From: Squalus acanthias
Taxonomy: Eukaryota
DNA: 64,000 nt
Assembly (NCBI GenBank): GCA_030390025.1
Contig: CM059446.1
Coordinates: 15,190,001 to 15,254,000 of the forward strand
Reading direction: 5' to 3'
Part shown: in pieces, positions 14,204 to 26,466 of the stretch
Layout: each line of letters begins with the position of its first letter
How positions within the stretch are numbered: position 1 is the stretch's first letter
The notes under the pieces: generated by a model
Seen by the model: only the letters and a program-made list of their open reading frames with translations
Databases searched by the model: none
What the model was told of the DNA's origin: nothing
Made by a program: the position numbers and the translations under genes

Positions 14204-14971
14204 AATGGCCCAGAAATTAAACATCGATGGTTGCCGCGGGGGTAAGGATTCCCCGCGATATCGCACTCCGCGCCTACCTTTTTGTTTCGGGCCCACACGA
14301 ACTTCAGTTTGAGGGCCTCTCCCTGTTGCCGGCGTGCAGTGCTTGCGTGTCCCAGAGGCGCAATTAGTTCGTGCGAGCTCTGGGATCACGTGGGACAGTT
14401 AGAGCCAATGGCAGCACACCATCTTTCATTCATAGTTTTGACAGCAAGGGCTGTCAAAGCTATGAATACTACAAGCCCCCAAAAGAACAGCTAAACCTCA
14501 ATTAAATTAAAAAATAAGCCATCACATTAATAAAATAACTATAGTTAAATAAATTAACCACTTTAAACAAAAAATTAAATTTTTGAAAAAATTTAAAATC
14601 TTTTTAAAAGTTATAAAAATAAACTTACCTTTCTTTAAAGTCTCTAAAAAAGATAAACCTGTTGAAAAAAAATTAAAATAACACTTAATTAACTACTTAC
14701 CTTGTTAAAAGGGGGTCCTACGCCTGCTTTCTTTGTGTAAAATCTTCACCACTTACCTGCGCGTTCAAACCTGAAAAAAAAACTAAGTGCACTGCGTGCG
14801 CACAACCTGTAGTGCACACGCGGTTCACTTAGGAACCGCCCCCTTTGCAATACACGAAGTGCCGGTTTCCCGCGCATGCGCAGTGCATGCAGGAAACCGG
14901 CAATTCGGGACCTAATACGCGAGAGTACACAGTGCGTACTCTCGCGTATTAGGTCTAATTTTCGGGCCAAT
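14204..14971. mobile_element. putative non-autonomous DNA transposon (MITE) with hairpin-rich, CpG-rich ends
   Basis: imperfect terminal inverted repeats TGGCCCAGAAATT / AATTTTCGGGCCA; AT-rich core; several internal palindromes. Confidence 0.6.
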
Positions 14972-15584
14972 ACGTATTGCACACTTCTTATCTGCACACT
15001 TATTTTCCGTGTCACACTTTTCTCTCTTGGGTATTGCTGTGTATACTTGCATTATACTTAACTTTCAATCCTCCCAACACCAGGCGCTCCTCCAAGCTGT
15101 TTCCTAGTTCTGCTTGTCTAGGTGGCACTGTAGGTAATTCTTTAATTAATTAAATTTTATTCCCTGGGCCAAATAACTGCAGGTAGGATTTTAAATTTAA
15201 TTTGCCTGTCCCATTCACCCCAGGCCCACCTTGATGTCCTTTTCTCCACCGACATTTGGCTGTGATTCTGCTGCTTCCCATGCTGCCCCTCAAGTCATCT
15301 TCCATCCTTTCCTGATCCCCCTTGGGCCTTGGATGTGCGGGCTCACCTGTTGGCAATGTTGTCTGCCTGCCCTCATCCCATGATCCGCCTATTCATTGGT
15401 TTCCTGACACTAACCTGAGAATAGGCAGTTTATACCTAATGCTTATAATGGTGAGGGGGGCCAGAGAGAGAGGGCAGTAGAGAAGAAGGAAGAGCAGCGT
15501 ATGGCGAGTGAGGCAAGGAGCGACGAGGGGCCTGGTATGGGGTGATTGTTGATGCACTAATAAGTCAAGTCAAAATAAAGTAAT

Positions 15585-15825
15585 ACGATAGCAAAATACT
15601 GCGGATGCTGGAAATCCGAAATAACAACAGAAAACGCTGGAAAAACTCAGCAGGCCAGGCAGCATCCGTGGAGAGAGAAAGAGAGTTAACGTTTCAGGTC
15701 GATGACCTTTCATCAGAACTGATCAGTTCTGATGAAAGGTCATCGACCTGAAACGTTAACTCTCTTTCTCTCTCCACGGATGCTGCCTGGCCTGCTGAGT
15801 TTTTCCAGTGTTTTCTGTTGTTATT
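15585..15825. mobile_element. Penelope-like element relic with inverted terminal-repeat arrangement
   Basis: 105-bp inverted arms (15618-15722 / 15723-15827), hammerhead cores, 15-bp flanking direct repeat TCAAAATAAAGTAAT at 15570-15584 and 15826-15840; homologous to 46533-46669. Confidence 0.85.
15725..15761 (+). ncRNA. minimal type I hammerhead ribozyme motif (mirror copy on the - strand at 15684-15720)
   Basis: AGTT-CTGATGA-A-AGGTC atc GACCT-GAAA-CG-TT-AACT: stem I, CUGANGA core, stem II, GAAA, palindromic ACGU stem III, GUU triplet. Confidence 0.8.
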
Positions 15826-16183
15826 TCAAAATAAAGTAATGCTTTGCAGAGTTAATGTAATTGTTAACTTTTTAAATGTGTTGTCAACAAGGCTTATGTG
15901 GTGCTCAGGCTATTAAAGATGGATACGATTATAAAAAAAAAGTTGATGGCCTATATAATACAGGCTGGTTTGCTTCTGCGTTATTCTGGGAAAAGCCATG
16001 TGGTTGGTAGGTGGTTTTCCTGAAATTATAAATATCCTTTGTGTGAGCGTGTTCGATATCTGTTCAATCCCACAATGCTTATTTTCAAGTTATCATCTAG
16101 TCCATTGGCATTGTGCACGGTGATAAAAGTGTATGATGAATATTATAAGTAACTTTATTTATTTATCTATCTATCTGTTTCAG

Positions 16184-16254
16184 GTTGGGAAAGAAACTGT
16201 ACAGACAACTGAAGATCAGGTCATGAAGAGGGATATGCCACCAGCCTTCATCAA
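16184..16254 (+). CDS. vcl: vinculin exon 2 (71 nt)
   Basis: tttcag|GTT...ATCAA|gtgagt; encodes [23 protein letters not shown](K), matching the vinculin D1 domain. Confidence 0.97.
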
Positions 16255-16627
16255 GTGAGTGTTGGGTTACATTTACTCAAAATAGGCTTGTGATGATTGA
16301 CTCACTGCTCATCCATAATTTCAGTTGTACCAAGTAATGATCTTATTAATGGGTCTGGTACTTGTAATAGTTTTAATCATGTTGGATCATTTTTTCCATA
16401 TTGGGGAAAGGTTGTGGATTTTTCCAAGAGTAATTTGTATTCAGTTTCATTTTTTCCAAGACTCCTTTCTCTACCCCTTTTTTTTCCTCCCCTTCATCAC
16501 CTTCCATTATGTAACTTGATATTGGGAGAGTCGAATAGTTTGTCCAGATCCACTGCTTTGTAAACAACTGTCCACGTATACTTAGAGGTGTGCCTGAGCA
16601 TTGTATAAAGCTGTATTTGTGTTCACT

Positions 16628-19241
16628 CATAAGAACATAAGAAATAGGAGCAGGAGTAGGCCATTCGGCCCCTTGAGCCTGCCCCGCCATTCAATGAGAT
16701 CATATCTGATCTTGGCCTCAACGCCACTTTCCCGCCTGCTCCCCATAACCCTTGATTCCCCTGTAGCTCAAATTTTTGTCTATCTCTGCCTTGAATATAT
16801 TCAATGACTCCGCCTCCACAGCTCTCTGGGGCAGAGAATTCCAAGGATTCACGACCCTCTGAGAGAAGAAATTCCTCCTCCATCTCCGTTTTAAATGGGC
16901 GACCCCTTATCCTGAAACTGTGCCCTCTAGTTCTAGATTCCCCCACGAGGGGAAACATCCTCCCTGCATCTACCCTGTCCAGCCCCCTCAGAATCTTATA
17001 TATTTCAATAAGATCACCTCTCATTCTTCTAAACTCCAATGTATAGGCCCAACCTTTCTTCATAAGACAACCCCTTCATCTCAGGAATTAACCTAGTGAA
17101 CCTTCTCTGAACTGCCTCCAATGCAAGTTATACCCCTCCTTAAATAAGGAGACCAAAACTGCACGCAGTACTCCAAGTGTGATCACACCAGCACCCTGTA
17201 CAGTTGTATCAAGACTTCCCTACTTTTATACTCCATCCCCCTTGCAATAAAGGAAAACATTCCATTTGCCTTCCTAATTACTTGCTGTACCTGCATGTTA
17301 ACTTTTTGTGTTTCATGTACGAGGACCCCCAGATCCCTTTGTACCGCAGCATTATGTAGTCTCTCTCCATCTAAATAATAATTTGCTTTTTTTATTTTTC
17401 CTACCAAGTGGATAACCTCACATTTTCCCACATTATACTCCATCTGCCAAATTTTTACCCACTTGCTTAACCTATCTATATCCCTTTGCAGACTCTTTGT
17501 GTCCTCCTCACAACTTGCTTTCCCACCTATCTTTGTATCCTCAGCAAATTTGGCTAAAGTACACACGGTCCCTTCATCCAAGTCATTAATATAGATTGTA
17601 AATAGTTGAGGCCCCAGCACTGATCCCTGTGGCACCCCATTAGTTACAGTTTGCCAACCGGAAAATGACCCATTTATCCCGACTCTTTGTTTTCTGTTAG
17701 TTAGCCAATCCTCTATCCATGCTAATATATTACCCTCAACCCCGTGAGCTCCTATCTTGTGTAGTAACCTTTTATGTGGCACCTTATCGAATGCCTTCTG
17801 GAAATCCAAATACAGTACATCTACTGGTTCCCCTTTATCCACCCTGCTCGTTACATCCTCAAAGAACTCCAGTAAATTTGTCAAACATGATTTCCCATTC
17901 ATAAAACCATGTTGACTCTGCTTGATTGTATTATGATTTTCTAAATGTCCTGCTATTACTTCCTTAATAATGGATTCCAGCATTTTCCCAATGAGAGATG
18001 TTAGGCTAACTGGCCTATAGTTTCCTGTTCTTTGCTTCCCTCCTTTCTTGAATAGGGGCGTTACAAATGTGGTTTTCTAATCTGCTGGGACTTTTCCAGA
18101 ATCCAGGGAAATTTGGTAGCTTACAACCAATGCATCCACTATCTCTGCAGCCACTTCTTTTAAGACCCTAGGATGTAGGCCATCAGGTCCAGGGGATTTG
18201 TCAACCTTCAGTCCCATTAGTTTGCCTAGTACTTTTTCTCTCGTGATGGTCATTGTTTTAAGTTCCTCCCTCCCTATAGCCCCTTGATTATCAATTATTA
18301 TTGGGATGCTTTTAGTGTCTTCTACTGTAAAGACCGATTCAAAATATTTGTTCAAAGTCTCTGCCATTTCCCTGTTTCCCATTATTAATTCCCTTACTTT
18401 AGCTACTCTCTTCCCTTTTATATACCCGTAGAAGCTCTTACTGTCTGCTTTTATATTTTTTGCTAGTTTACTTTCATTATCTATCTTCTCCCTCTTTTTT
18501 TAGTCATCCTTTGCTGGTTTCTAAAAAATTCCTAATCCTCTGGCCTACCACTAATCTTCGCAACGTTGTATGCCTTTTCTTTCAATTTGATACCATCCTT
18601 AACTTCCTTAGTTAGCCACGGATGGTTCATCCTTCTCGTCGAGTCTTTCTTTCTCGCTGGAATAAATCTTTGCTGAGAGTTATGAAATATCTCCTTAAAT
18701 GTCTGCCACTGCTTATCTGCCGTCTTACCCTTTAATCTATTTTCCCCGTTTACTTTAGTCAACTCTGTCTTCATACCTTTGTAATTGCCTTTATTTAAGT
18801 TTAGGACACTAGTTTCAGACCCAAGTTTCTCACCCTCAAACTGAATTTGAAATTCTATCGTGCTATGATCACTCTTCCCTAAAGGATCCTTTACTTTGAG
18901 ATCATTAATTAATCCTGTCTCATTACACATTACCAGATCTAAAATAGCCTTCTCCCTGGCTGGTTCCACAACGTATTGTTTTAAGAAACCATCCCGAATA
19001 CATTCTATGAACTCGTCCTCAAGGCTACCCTTGCCAATTTGATTTGTCCAATCTATATGTAGATTAAAATCGCCCATGATAATCACAGTACCTTTCTTAC
19101 AAGCCCCTATTATTTCTTGATTTATACCCTGTCCTACAGTGTAGCTACTGTTAGGGGGCTTATAGACTACTCCCACTAGTGACTTCTTTCCCTTACTAAA
19201 AAGATTCCACCCAAACTGATTCTACATCTTGATCATCTGAG
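16628..19241 (-). mobile_element. CR1 LINE, 5'-truncated, frameshifted ORF2 (endonuclease part plus RT)
   Basis: ORFs 18532..19176 (IIMGDFN, SDH), 18077..18382 (KSPGPDGLHPRVLKE), 17183..17983 (DFQKAFDKV, GVPQGSVLGP, FAED), 16623..17063; (TTCTTATG)n tail. Confidence 0.95.
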
Positions 19242-19449
19242 CTTAGTGACTGCTAACCCACAGCCAACAGTAAGACTTCTGCACCGCGCATAACCACATA
19301 GATGGTGACCTGGCACTTGACCTGCAAAATGTTTTTGTTTTTTTTGACCTCCCAAAAGCTTTAATAGAATCTGAAGCGTGCTATTTGATAGTCTCAATTT
19401 CACCTTGGTAAATCTAAATTGTGTATTACTTTTTCAACTGCCTTTGTCC

Positions 19450-19945
19450 AAAAACAACTTGCACTTATTTAGTGCCTTTTAACACCAGAAGACATCCCAA
19501 GATGCTCCTTGGCAAAGTGGAAACTGAACAAGAGTTAAGTGACCAAAGGTGGGATTGAAGGGATGGATATTGAGGGTTTTTGAAGATGTGGAGCAAGGCG
19601 GTGGTGTGTCGCAAGAGAAATCTAGAAGTTGGGGGATAGGCCAGCTGAAAGTTCTATCCTGGTGGTGGAGAGAGGGGAAGAGAAACTTGCTGTAGTCCAT
19701 AGTTTGATGAGAAGAGGGTGTAGATAGCGACACAGAGCTGGAGAGGTTCCATAGATCGGTTGGGGCAAAGCCATTGCGACATTTGTAGACCAGGACGCTA
19801 ATTTTGAAATCTAAGTGCTGGGTATTTAACTAGTGGAAGGTATAAAGGGCACGTGTGATGGATGAGTGGGACTTGGTATGTACAGCATGTGAGTGACAAG
19901 TTTGGATGTGTGGCAGTTTGTATAGGATGCAACTAGGGAGGCTGC
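19450..19945 (-). mobile_element. decayed L2 LINE 3' fragment
   Basis: starts with the reverse-complement L2 tail (acaacttgcacttatttagtgccttttaa...catcccaa); purine-rich body. Confidence 0.55.
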
Positions 19946-20394
19946 CTATGAGAGGGGACAGGACAATTTAACCAGAAGGAAATACATTTTCTTGCAACCA
20001 TATCGAACAGTGGTGGGACACGGCTTGCTGATGATCAGAGTTGTTGTACTTCCTCCCTGAGGAGGTGAGTTGCTGGCTGATGATGTACATCTCCCAGTGC
20101 CTGCCAGAAAAATGGTGCTCAAGGCTTGGGAGTAGCTCTCGTGCACACTCACTAGGAGGAGTTAGACCACCTTTAATTTAATTGATTTTTTTTTAGTGTG
20201 TGGCTTTTATTTTAGGACATCCTACCCAAACTCATTCAATTCTACCTGCTTCCAAATCAGTTGAAGTATGATGGATGTTGCAGTGAGCTTTAACGCTGTA
20301 CCACATTGTGTTTGGCAAATTGGGTGTGGTTGATCAGAATTTCAGCTGCACTTTGCTTAACCTGTTCACATTTAAAATAGAAGTGCTACAACAC

Positions 20395-21195
20395 TTGGGG
20401 CGCGATCTTGCCAGCCCTGGGGAGGCGGGTTTGGAGGCGGGACTGCTGGCAAAATGGCAGAATCTGGGGACGGGTGCCCATCCCACCCTCAACCCGCCTT
20501 CGTGTCATCTTTCTGGGAGGCGGGTAGCCGACCCGCACCGGGTCCCATCTCCTGGAGGCGGGAAGAGGATTGCAGCCACTTAACTGCCAGTTAACAGGCA
20601 GATAAGAGGATTATCCCCATTTTACCCACACAAGTGCGGGCTTCCCGAAAGCTGTGAACCCCGCCAGGGTCAGCGAGGCGAGTAGTGGGTCTGCAGTAGT
20701 CGGAGCGGTGCAAAAGTGCGCTGTGAAGGTAAGTGATGGGTGCAAATGTGGAGAGGTAAGTATGTGAGGTGAGTGGAAAGTGACAGAAAATGTTTACTTA
20801 CCTTTGTTTCTTCCTGCAGGCTTCAAACGTTGGGGATGCGGAGAGTCTCGTATCTCACCGGCAGAGATGACAGATGGCTGCTGCATTCTCCAACAACCAT
20901 CTAATTTCTGCTCACAAAAGAGGTTTGACGAGTCTTGAATACAAGAACTCATCAAACAACATAGACTGTCAGTGTTTGACAGCTTCACAGAGCTGTCAAA
21001 CAATGACAATTCATAAACGTCATACGCTGACGTTCTCTGTAACCGGCTTCCCCTTAATTGGCCTGCTAAGCCCGCTGGGCGGGCTTAACAAGGTCAATCA
21101 AGGGAAAATAGCGTGGGTTGGCCAGAAGTCGATGGAGGCAGGACTAAAACTTGACAAGTGGGAGTCCCGCCTCCATAATTTGAATCTTATTTTTG
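20395..21195. mobile_element. GC-rich putative MITE
   Basis: sharp GC/CpG rise; subterminal inverted motif GGAGGCGGGACT (about 20433) / AGTCCCGCCTCC (about 21162); boundaries approximate. Confidence 0.5.
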
Positions 21196-22033
21196 AATTG
21201 GCAGTATTCCAATGTCAACAGCATAGCTATAATTTTCTCTGCATTTTATGGCACGGTGGCTTAAAATGCAGTGTTCTGTCAATGAGCATTAGCTCCCACC
21301 AAATCTGCGACTCATCAGTTTCACTGAGCAGTGAAGATTGTTGGGAGCCAAAGCTCACTGAAGTAATGTTATGCATTTTGTGTCTCAGCCTTTGATGTAC
21401 CAAGTAGATTGTGACTTCAATTGGGAGGTCTGTCATTCTGTGGAATGTTATAAGTTGTTTTGTTTAGCATTCAGGCCGGTTATTCGGTACGTGATGATAA
21501 GGCTGTTATAAGGCCGAATCCTGAAGTTTGGCCTTCAAGATCAGATTTCGTATCCACTTCGGAGTCCATAAAACCAAATGTTTCAAAATGAATGAAAAGC
21601 CTGCAATTTACAGCAAAATGATGGCAGTTGGAGTAACTGTCTATGGAACTTGATGCTGTTACAGCTTCAGTTTATATTTTGTATTTTGGACTTTTTTTGA
21701 AGGTGAAAGTTCTGTTTCCAAGTCATGTGCTTATTATGCCCCAAACCACAATAAAAAAAAAACATTTTGTGGGGTGGCGGAATTAACCAATAAATATTCT
21801 CATTAGTTACCCATTTAGTTAGCTGGGAGCTTTTCAATTGAAACTTAATTTTAATGTTATGTTTTCCAAAATGTTACTGACTTTGTCTCCTGCATGACTG
21901 ATCTCCAGGTTCTTGTTAATGAAAATTTTAAGAAATCTTCAAATATTATCTTTCTTGAGATATTTCAGACCAGCCCTATACAATTGAAGAAGCAGGTGCT
22001 GAACAAAACATGCAACTTGTTGTACTTGGGCTT

Positions 22034-22509
22034 AAAGAAAGAAAGACTTGCATTTATATAGCGCCTTTCATGACCACCAGACATCCCAAAGCGCTTTACA
22101 GCCAATGAAGTACTTTTGAAGTGTAGTCACTGTTGTAATGTAGGAAACATGGCAGCCAATTTGCACACAGCAAGCTCCCACAAACAGCAATGTGATAATG
22201 ATGAAATAATCTGTTTTAGTGATGTTAATTGGGGGATAAATATTGGCCAGGACACCAGGGAGAACTTCCTTGCTCTTGTTCGAAATAGTCCCATAGGATC
22301 TTTTACGTCCACCTGAGAGAGCAGACGGGGCCTCGGTTTAACGTCTCATCCAAAAGATGGCACCGCAGACAGTGGAGCAGTCTCTCAGTACTGCACTGGA
22401 GTGTCAGCCTAGATTTTTTTTTTGTGCTCAAGTCTCTGGAGTGGGTCTTGAATCCACAACCTTCCGACTCCGAGGCAAGGGTGCTACCAGCTGAGCCACG
22501 GCTGATACC
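22034..22509 (-). mobile_element. full-length tRNA-derived Deu-domain SINE (SacSINE1/AmnSINE-related)
   Basis: on the - strand: A box GTGGCTCAGCTGG, B-box-like GGATTCAAGACC, core GGATGAGACGTTAAACCGAGGCCCCGTCTGC, L2-type tail ending in (CTTT)n. Confidence 0.85.
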
Positions 22510-24234
22510 GAGTTAAATTTTTTCCAATATGGTCATCAATTGCTGATAACCTGATGCGATTATGTGAATGCAGAGAAAACAACCAAGTTAGTTATGACTA
22601 CTTAGTAAGTGATGTTTGCACAGACCTTTTCTGTGCAATACCTAGTTAACCATTGTTGAACAAGATTTATGCATGTTAAGGTTGAATTTCAAATCCGTTT
22701 TGAAGCAGCTTTTATGCTAAGTTTAGAACTTTATTGTAAAAAGCAGTGTTTGGAGCATGTACACATTTTGGTCCTATTTATTGTACAAAATTATTAATAT
22801 CTTCATTATTTACTAAAGTAGTAAATAACTTAAAAAAAAATGTTTGATTGTACCCATGTGCTCAGTTGTCTAATGGATGGTGGGCATTAGGATTATGCAG
22901 TACTGAATAATCCAAGCAGGCCAAATTAGATAATCTGTTAGTGATTGCAACAAAAATAGCGCATTGTTAAATGTTCAATTTGTGGCACAGCATCCATTGA
23001 ATCCTAATATTATCGGTAGTGATAGACATTGAGGGCAGAACATCATCATTGCACTGACATTTTTGTTTTGGTTTTTAAATTCTGTATCTGGCTTTCTGGA
23101 AGTTAAAAATGGGTAGCTACATGAACTCCTGAGTTTCAGAATCCTGGATCTAGCCATAGGATGTAAAGAACAATATAAGGATTTGAAACTCTGGTGGACC
23201 ATGTGGCAATTAACATGTAATGGTAAGTTTCTGAAGATCTGTTGTCTCTGTGGTAAGCCATGTAAAATTATGTCTTGGAGTCCAAAAGAGAGACTGTATA
23301 ATTGAGTCTATGTAAAACATCTCTGCCTCCAAGACATTTGTGTAATGATGGATGCTGTTTCATATTACTGGGCACCACTGAGCAGAGAAAGGTATCTGGT
23401 ACTGTGCCAGCTCCTTGGTATTATGCCAGGTTCTCCGAGTAAGATCTGGCATTTGAGATTGGCTGGTGTTTAAAAATTGCTGGAGTGAGTTCTCAGCTGT
23501 TGCATGAATCTGTTCTTAGCCTGGTGGTTTTTCCTAATGGCTCCCTTTGCTGTGTGCATTTGCTGACCCAGCGCAGCTAGCAGAGGAATTTTGTTTACAT
23601 TATCAGGGATTGTTGCCTCAAAGGGCAACTCAACGGCTGATAAGTGGTGCAAAAATTTCCCCAAAATGGCACCATGTAGCAATTCAATGTTTGAGTGTAT
23701 TGTCCAGTTTGTAGTTCATTTTGCGTGTGAAGAGGGATGCAGGTATACTCTGGCTATCATTTGAGGGCACCCCCATAGAACGTATATCATTTCTACCATC
23801 AGTGGTGATGTGTGTGACCTGCTTTCAAACTGATTGGAGCTATCATTTTATTAAATCTGAGTCTTCTGCAGTTCTTGCTGACTATTTTAAAACCTACCTT
23901 AAGGCTGGCACAAAAGCTGATCAAATACATGGGGAGCAGATGCCATACCAAGAAAATGGAACTTTTGTAGTCAAGTAGTTGGCGTTGGTATGATTTTTAC
24001 CTATTAAAATATTTAAAATGTATCTCTCTTGCTTTTGGAGCCTTGTGATATCAATTTTGTTCCGTAAACAGTAGAGTGAACTAGTTGGGGGTGATGTCAG
24101 CTAAAAGCCTCTAACAGTAGTATTCCTGACCTCGCATGTCCAGAGCCAAATCATAGGTTTTATTATTTATGTTACGTCCATCTGTAAAATGACCATTAGT
24201 GTATTAATTGAGCATTTTTCTTAATCATACACAG

Positions 24235-24385
24235 GGTTGAAAATGCCTGTACTAAATTGATCCAGGCCGCACAGATGCTGAAAGACAATCCATATGCTGT
24301 ACCTGCACGTGATTACCTCATTGATGGTTCCAGAGGTATTCTTTCTGGAACTTCAGACTTGCTCTTGACATTTGATGAAGCAGAG
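24235..24385 (+). CDS. vcl: vinculin exon 3 (151 nt)
   Basis: acag|G...GAG|gtattt; [50 protein letters not shown]; Y100 equivalent retained. Confidence 0.97.
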
Positions 24386-24494
24386 GTATTTATTTATGAA
24401 AACTAGTTTCGCTCTTGTGCATAATGTATATGACTTTTGTTGAGTCTATCTGTGTAACTATGCCATAGGTTTATATGCTATGTGTCGCTTTTAA

Positions 24495-24650
<156 letters not shown>

Positions 24651-25122
24651 TAGGAATTCCATTTTCTTGAAGTCGAGTTATTTGTAAAGCAACACATGCA
24701 AATTAAACTACTCTAAGAAACTTTCTGAGGAATGCTTTATTTTAAGGAGGTAAAGTTGTGACTTATAGGCATAGAGGAAATGTTTATGCTGCAAAACCAG
24801 AAACTGAAATTATCCCATAACTTCCAGTTGTTATCATTAACACCAGATGCATAAATGTGCACTGTGGATGAACCTTGAGTTAGTATTAACCAACGACCGC
24901 CTTTCAAGATTTGTAATATTGGAAATCTAATTACAGGATTTATATTTTAGTACAGCCAATGTTCACAATACATGTATTGCATCATTTAGAGTGTTTTGTG
25001 TATCGTAATTACACAAGAACAACTTGTATAGTATGTACTGTCTAAATATGACTCTCATTTCTGTTTTAATGGTGCTGCAATTGTTGCTTCTCTTCCCTTC
25101 TTTCACTCCCACCCCCAATTAA

Positions 25123-25251
<129 letters not shown>

Positions 25252-26305
25252 TAAATGTTTTTTTCAGTTTGATAATAGCCAAATGCCTGGCGCTGTCTTT
25301 GAATTAGACTTTCTGACTGTCAAACTCCATCAGTATGAATAGATTATGAAAATACTTATCAGTCATGATATTTTGTGCTCCCTATCCCTTCTTTGTAGCC
25401 TTCAATCCCCTTTGTAGCCTTCAATTTTGCTTATCGGTTATAATTCGAATCCATATTTCTATGGTGTTGACTTAGTTAAATTTGTATTGAACCGAAATAA
25501 AGCTCTTGCTTGGATAAATTGCCTTTAGAACTGTAAGTTGCATTGCTCTGCCTTGATATAACTTGTGTTTATTAACTTAAAGTTTCTATTTTTTGCACTC
25601 AGAATTGAGTTAAATTTTGTTCAAAGATTGCACCCATTTGGTTTGATTTTCATGAAGGTATTTCATTAGAATGGGAGTCACAAACCCAGAGAAGATGGAA
25701 GAATATCAATGAATAAATAGAAAGCCATAACTGTAGGTTACAATATATGGAAGATGACAATGAAAGTAATATACAGGTGTCAGATAAGTTTAATTGAGTA
25801 CCTTTAGCATCTTTCATTTTCTATGGATAGTCAGTACTGTGTTGGGAATTGAGAAGCACTAAATCGTGCAGAAAACACTCTACCTGGAAATTCAGTGTCG
25901 CCACAATTGTTGAATAAAAGTGGTTCGCTAATGATGGAGATGAAAACAAACATTGCAAGTGCTCAAAATACAGAGCCGGTTCATCAGCATAGTTCAGAAA
26001 AATAGAAGGAACTGGTTAATATTTTGGGTGAAGACCCTTTTGGAACATTCTGAAATATTAGCCTGATTTTTCTCTCCATCACACACTAATGACCTGCTGT
26101 GTCTTTTCAGTATTACCTGATGTGAAATATAGCTGTGCTATTATCAACTTATCAAAAACTGGTTAAGTAGCAACTGAAATCAAGGCTGTATTCAATTGCT
26201 GTAACGTACTGTTACGGTACAAAGGATATGTGCAAGTGTGTGGTTGTGGTAGTACTCATTTACATATAGCTTTAAGTGTCACGCTTTTACATTTTCATTT
26301 TGCAG

Positions 26306-26466
26306 CTATTAAGATTTTTGTGACTACGAAACAGTTCAAAAGCCAAGGAGTGGAAGAAGCCCTAAAGAACCGTAATTTCACTGTGGAAAAGATGAGTACT
26401 GAAATCAATGAGATCATTCGTGTGTTGCAGCTAACATCCTGGGATGAAGATGCTTGGGCTAGTAAG
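26306..26466 (+). CDS. vcl: vinculin exon 6 (161 nt)
   Basis: tgcag|CT...AAG|gtaggc; (A)[53 protein letters not shown]. Confidence 0.97.

Noticed and set aside
497-16183. Short ORFs in intron 1 as independent genes
   Set aside because: They are chance ORFs or frames of L2/CR1/MITE sequence, with no recognisable non-TE protein.
22440-22509. tRNA gene (also at 57146-57215)
   Set aside because: The A/B boxes run straight into the SINE body; these are tRNA-derived SINE heads.
25391-25425. Short tandem duplications (CTTTGTAGCCTTCAAT twice; similarly 53169-53205)
   Set aside because: Ordinary two-copy slippage duplications with no further structure.
25950-26115. Additional inverted Penelope-like relic with a hammerhead
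   Set aside because: Faint resemblance to the 15.6 kb element, but the CUGANGA core is missing and the similarity is too low to call.
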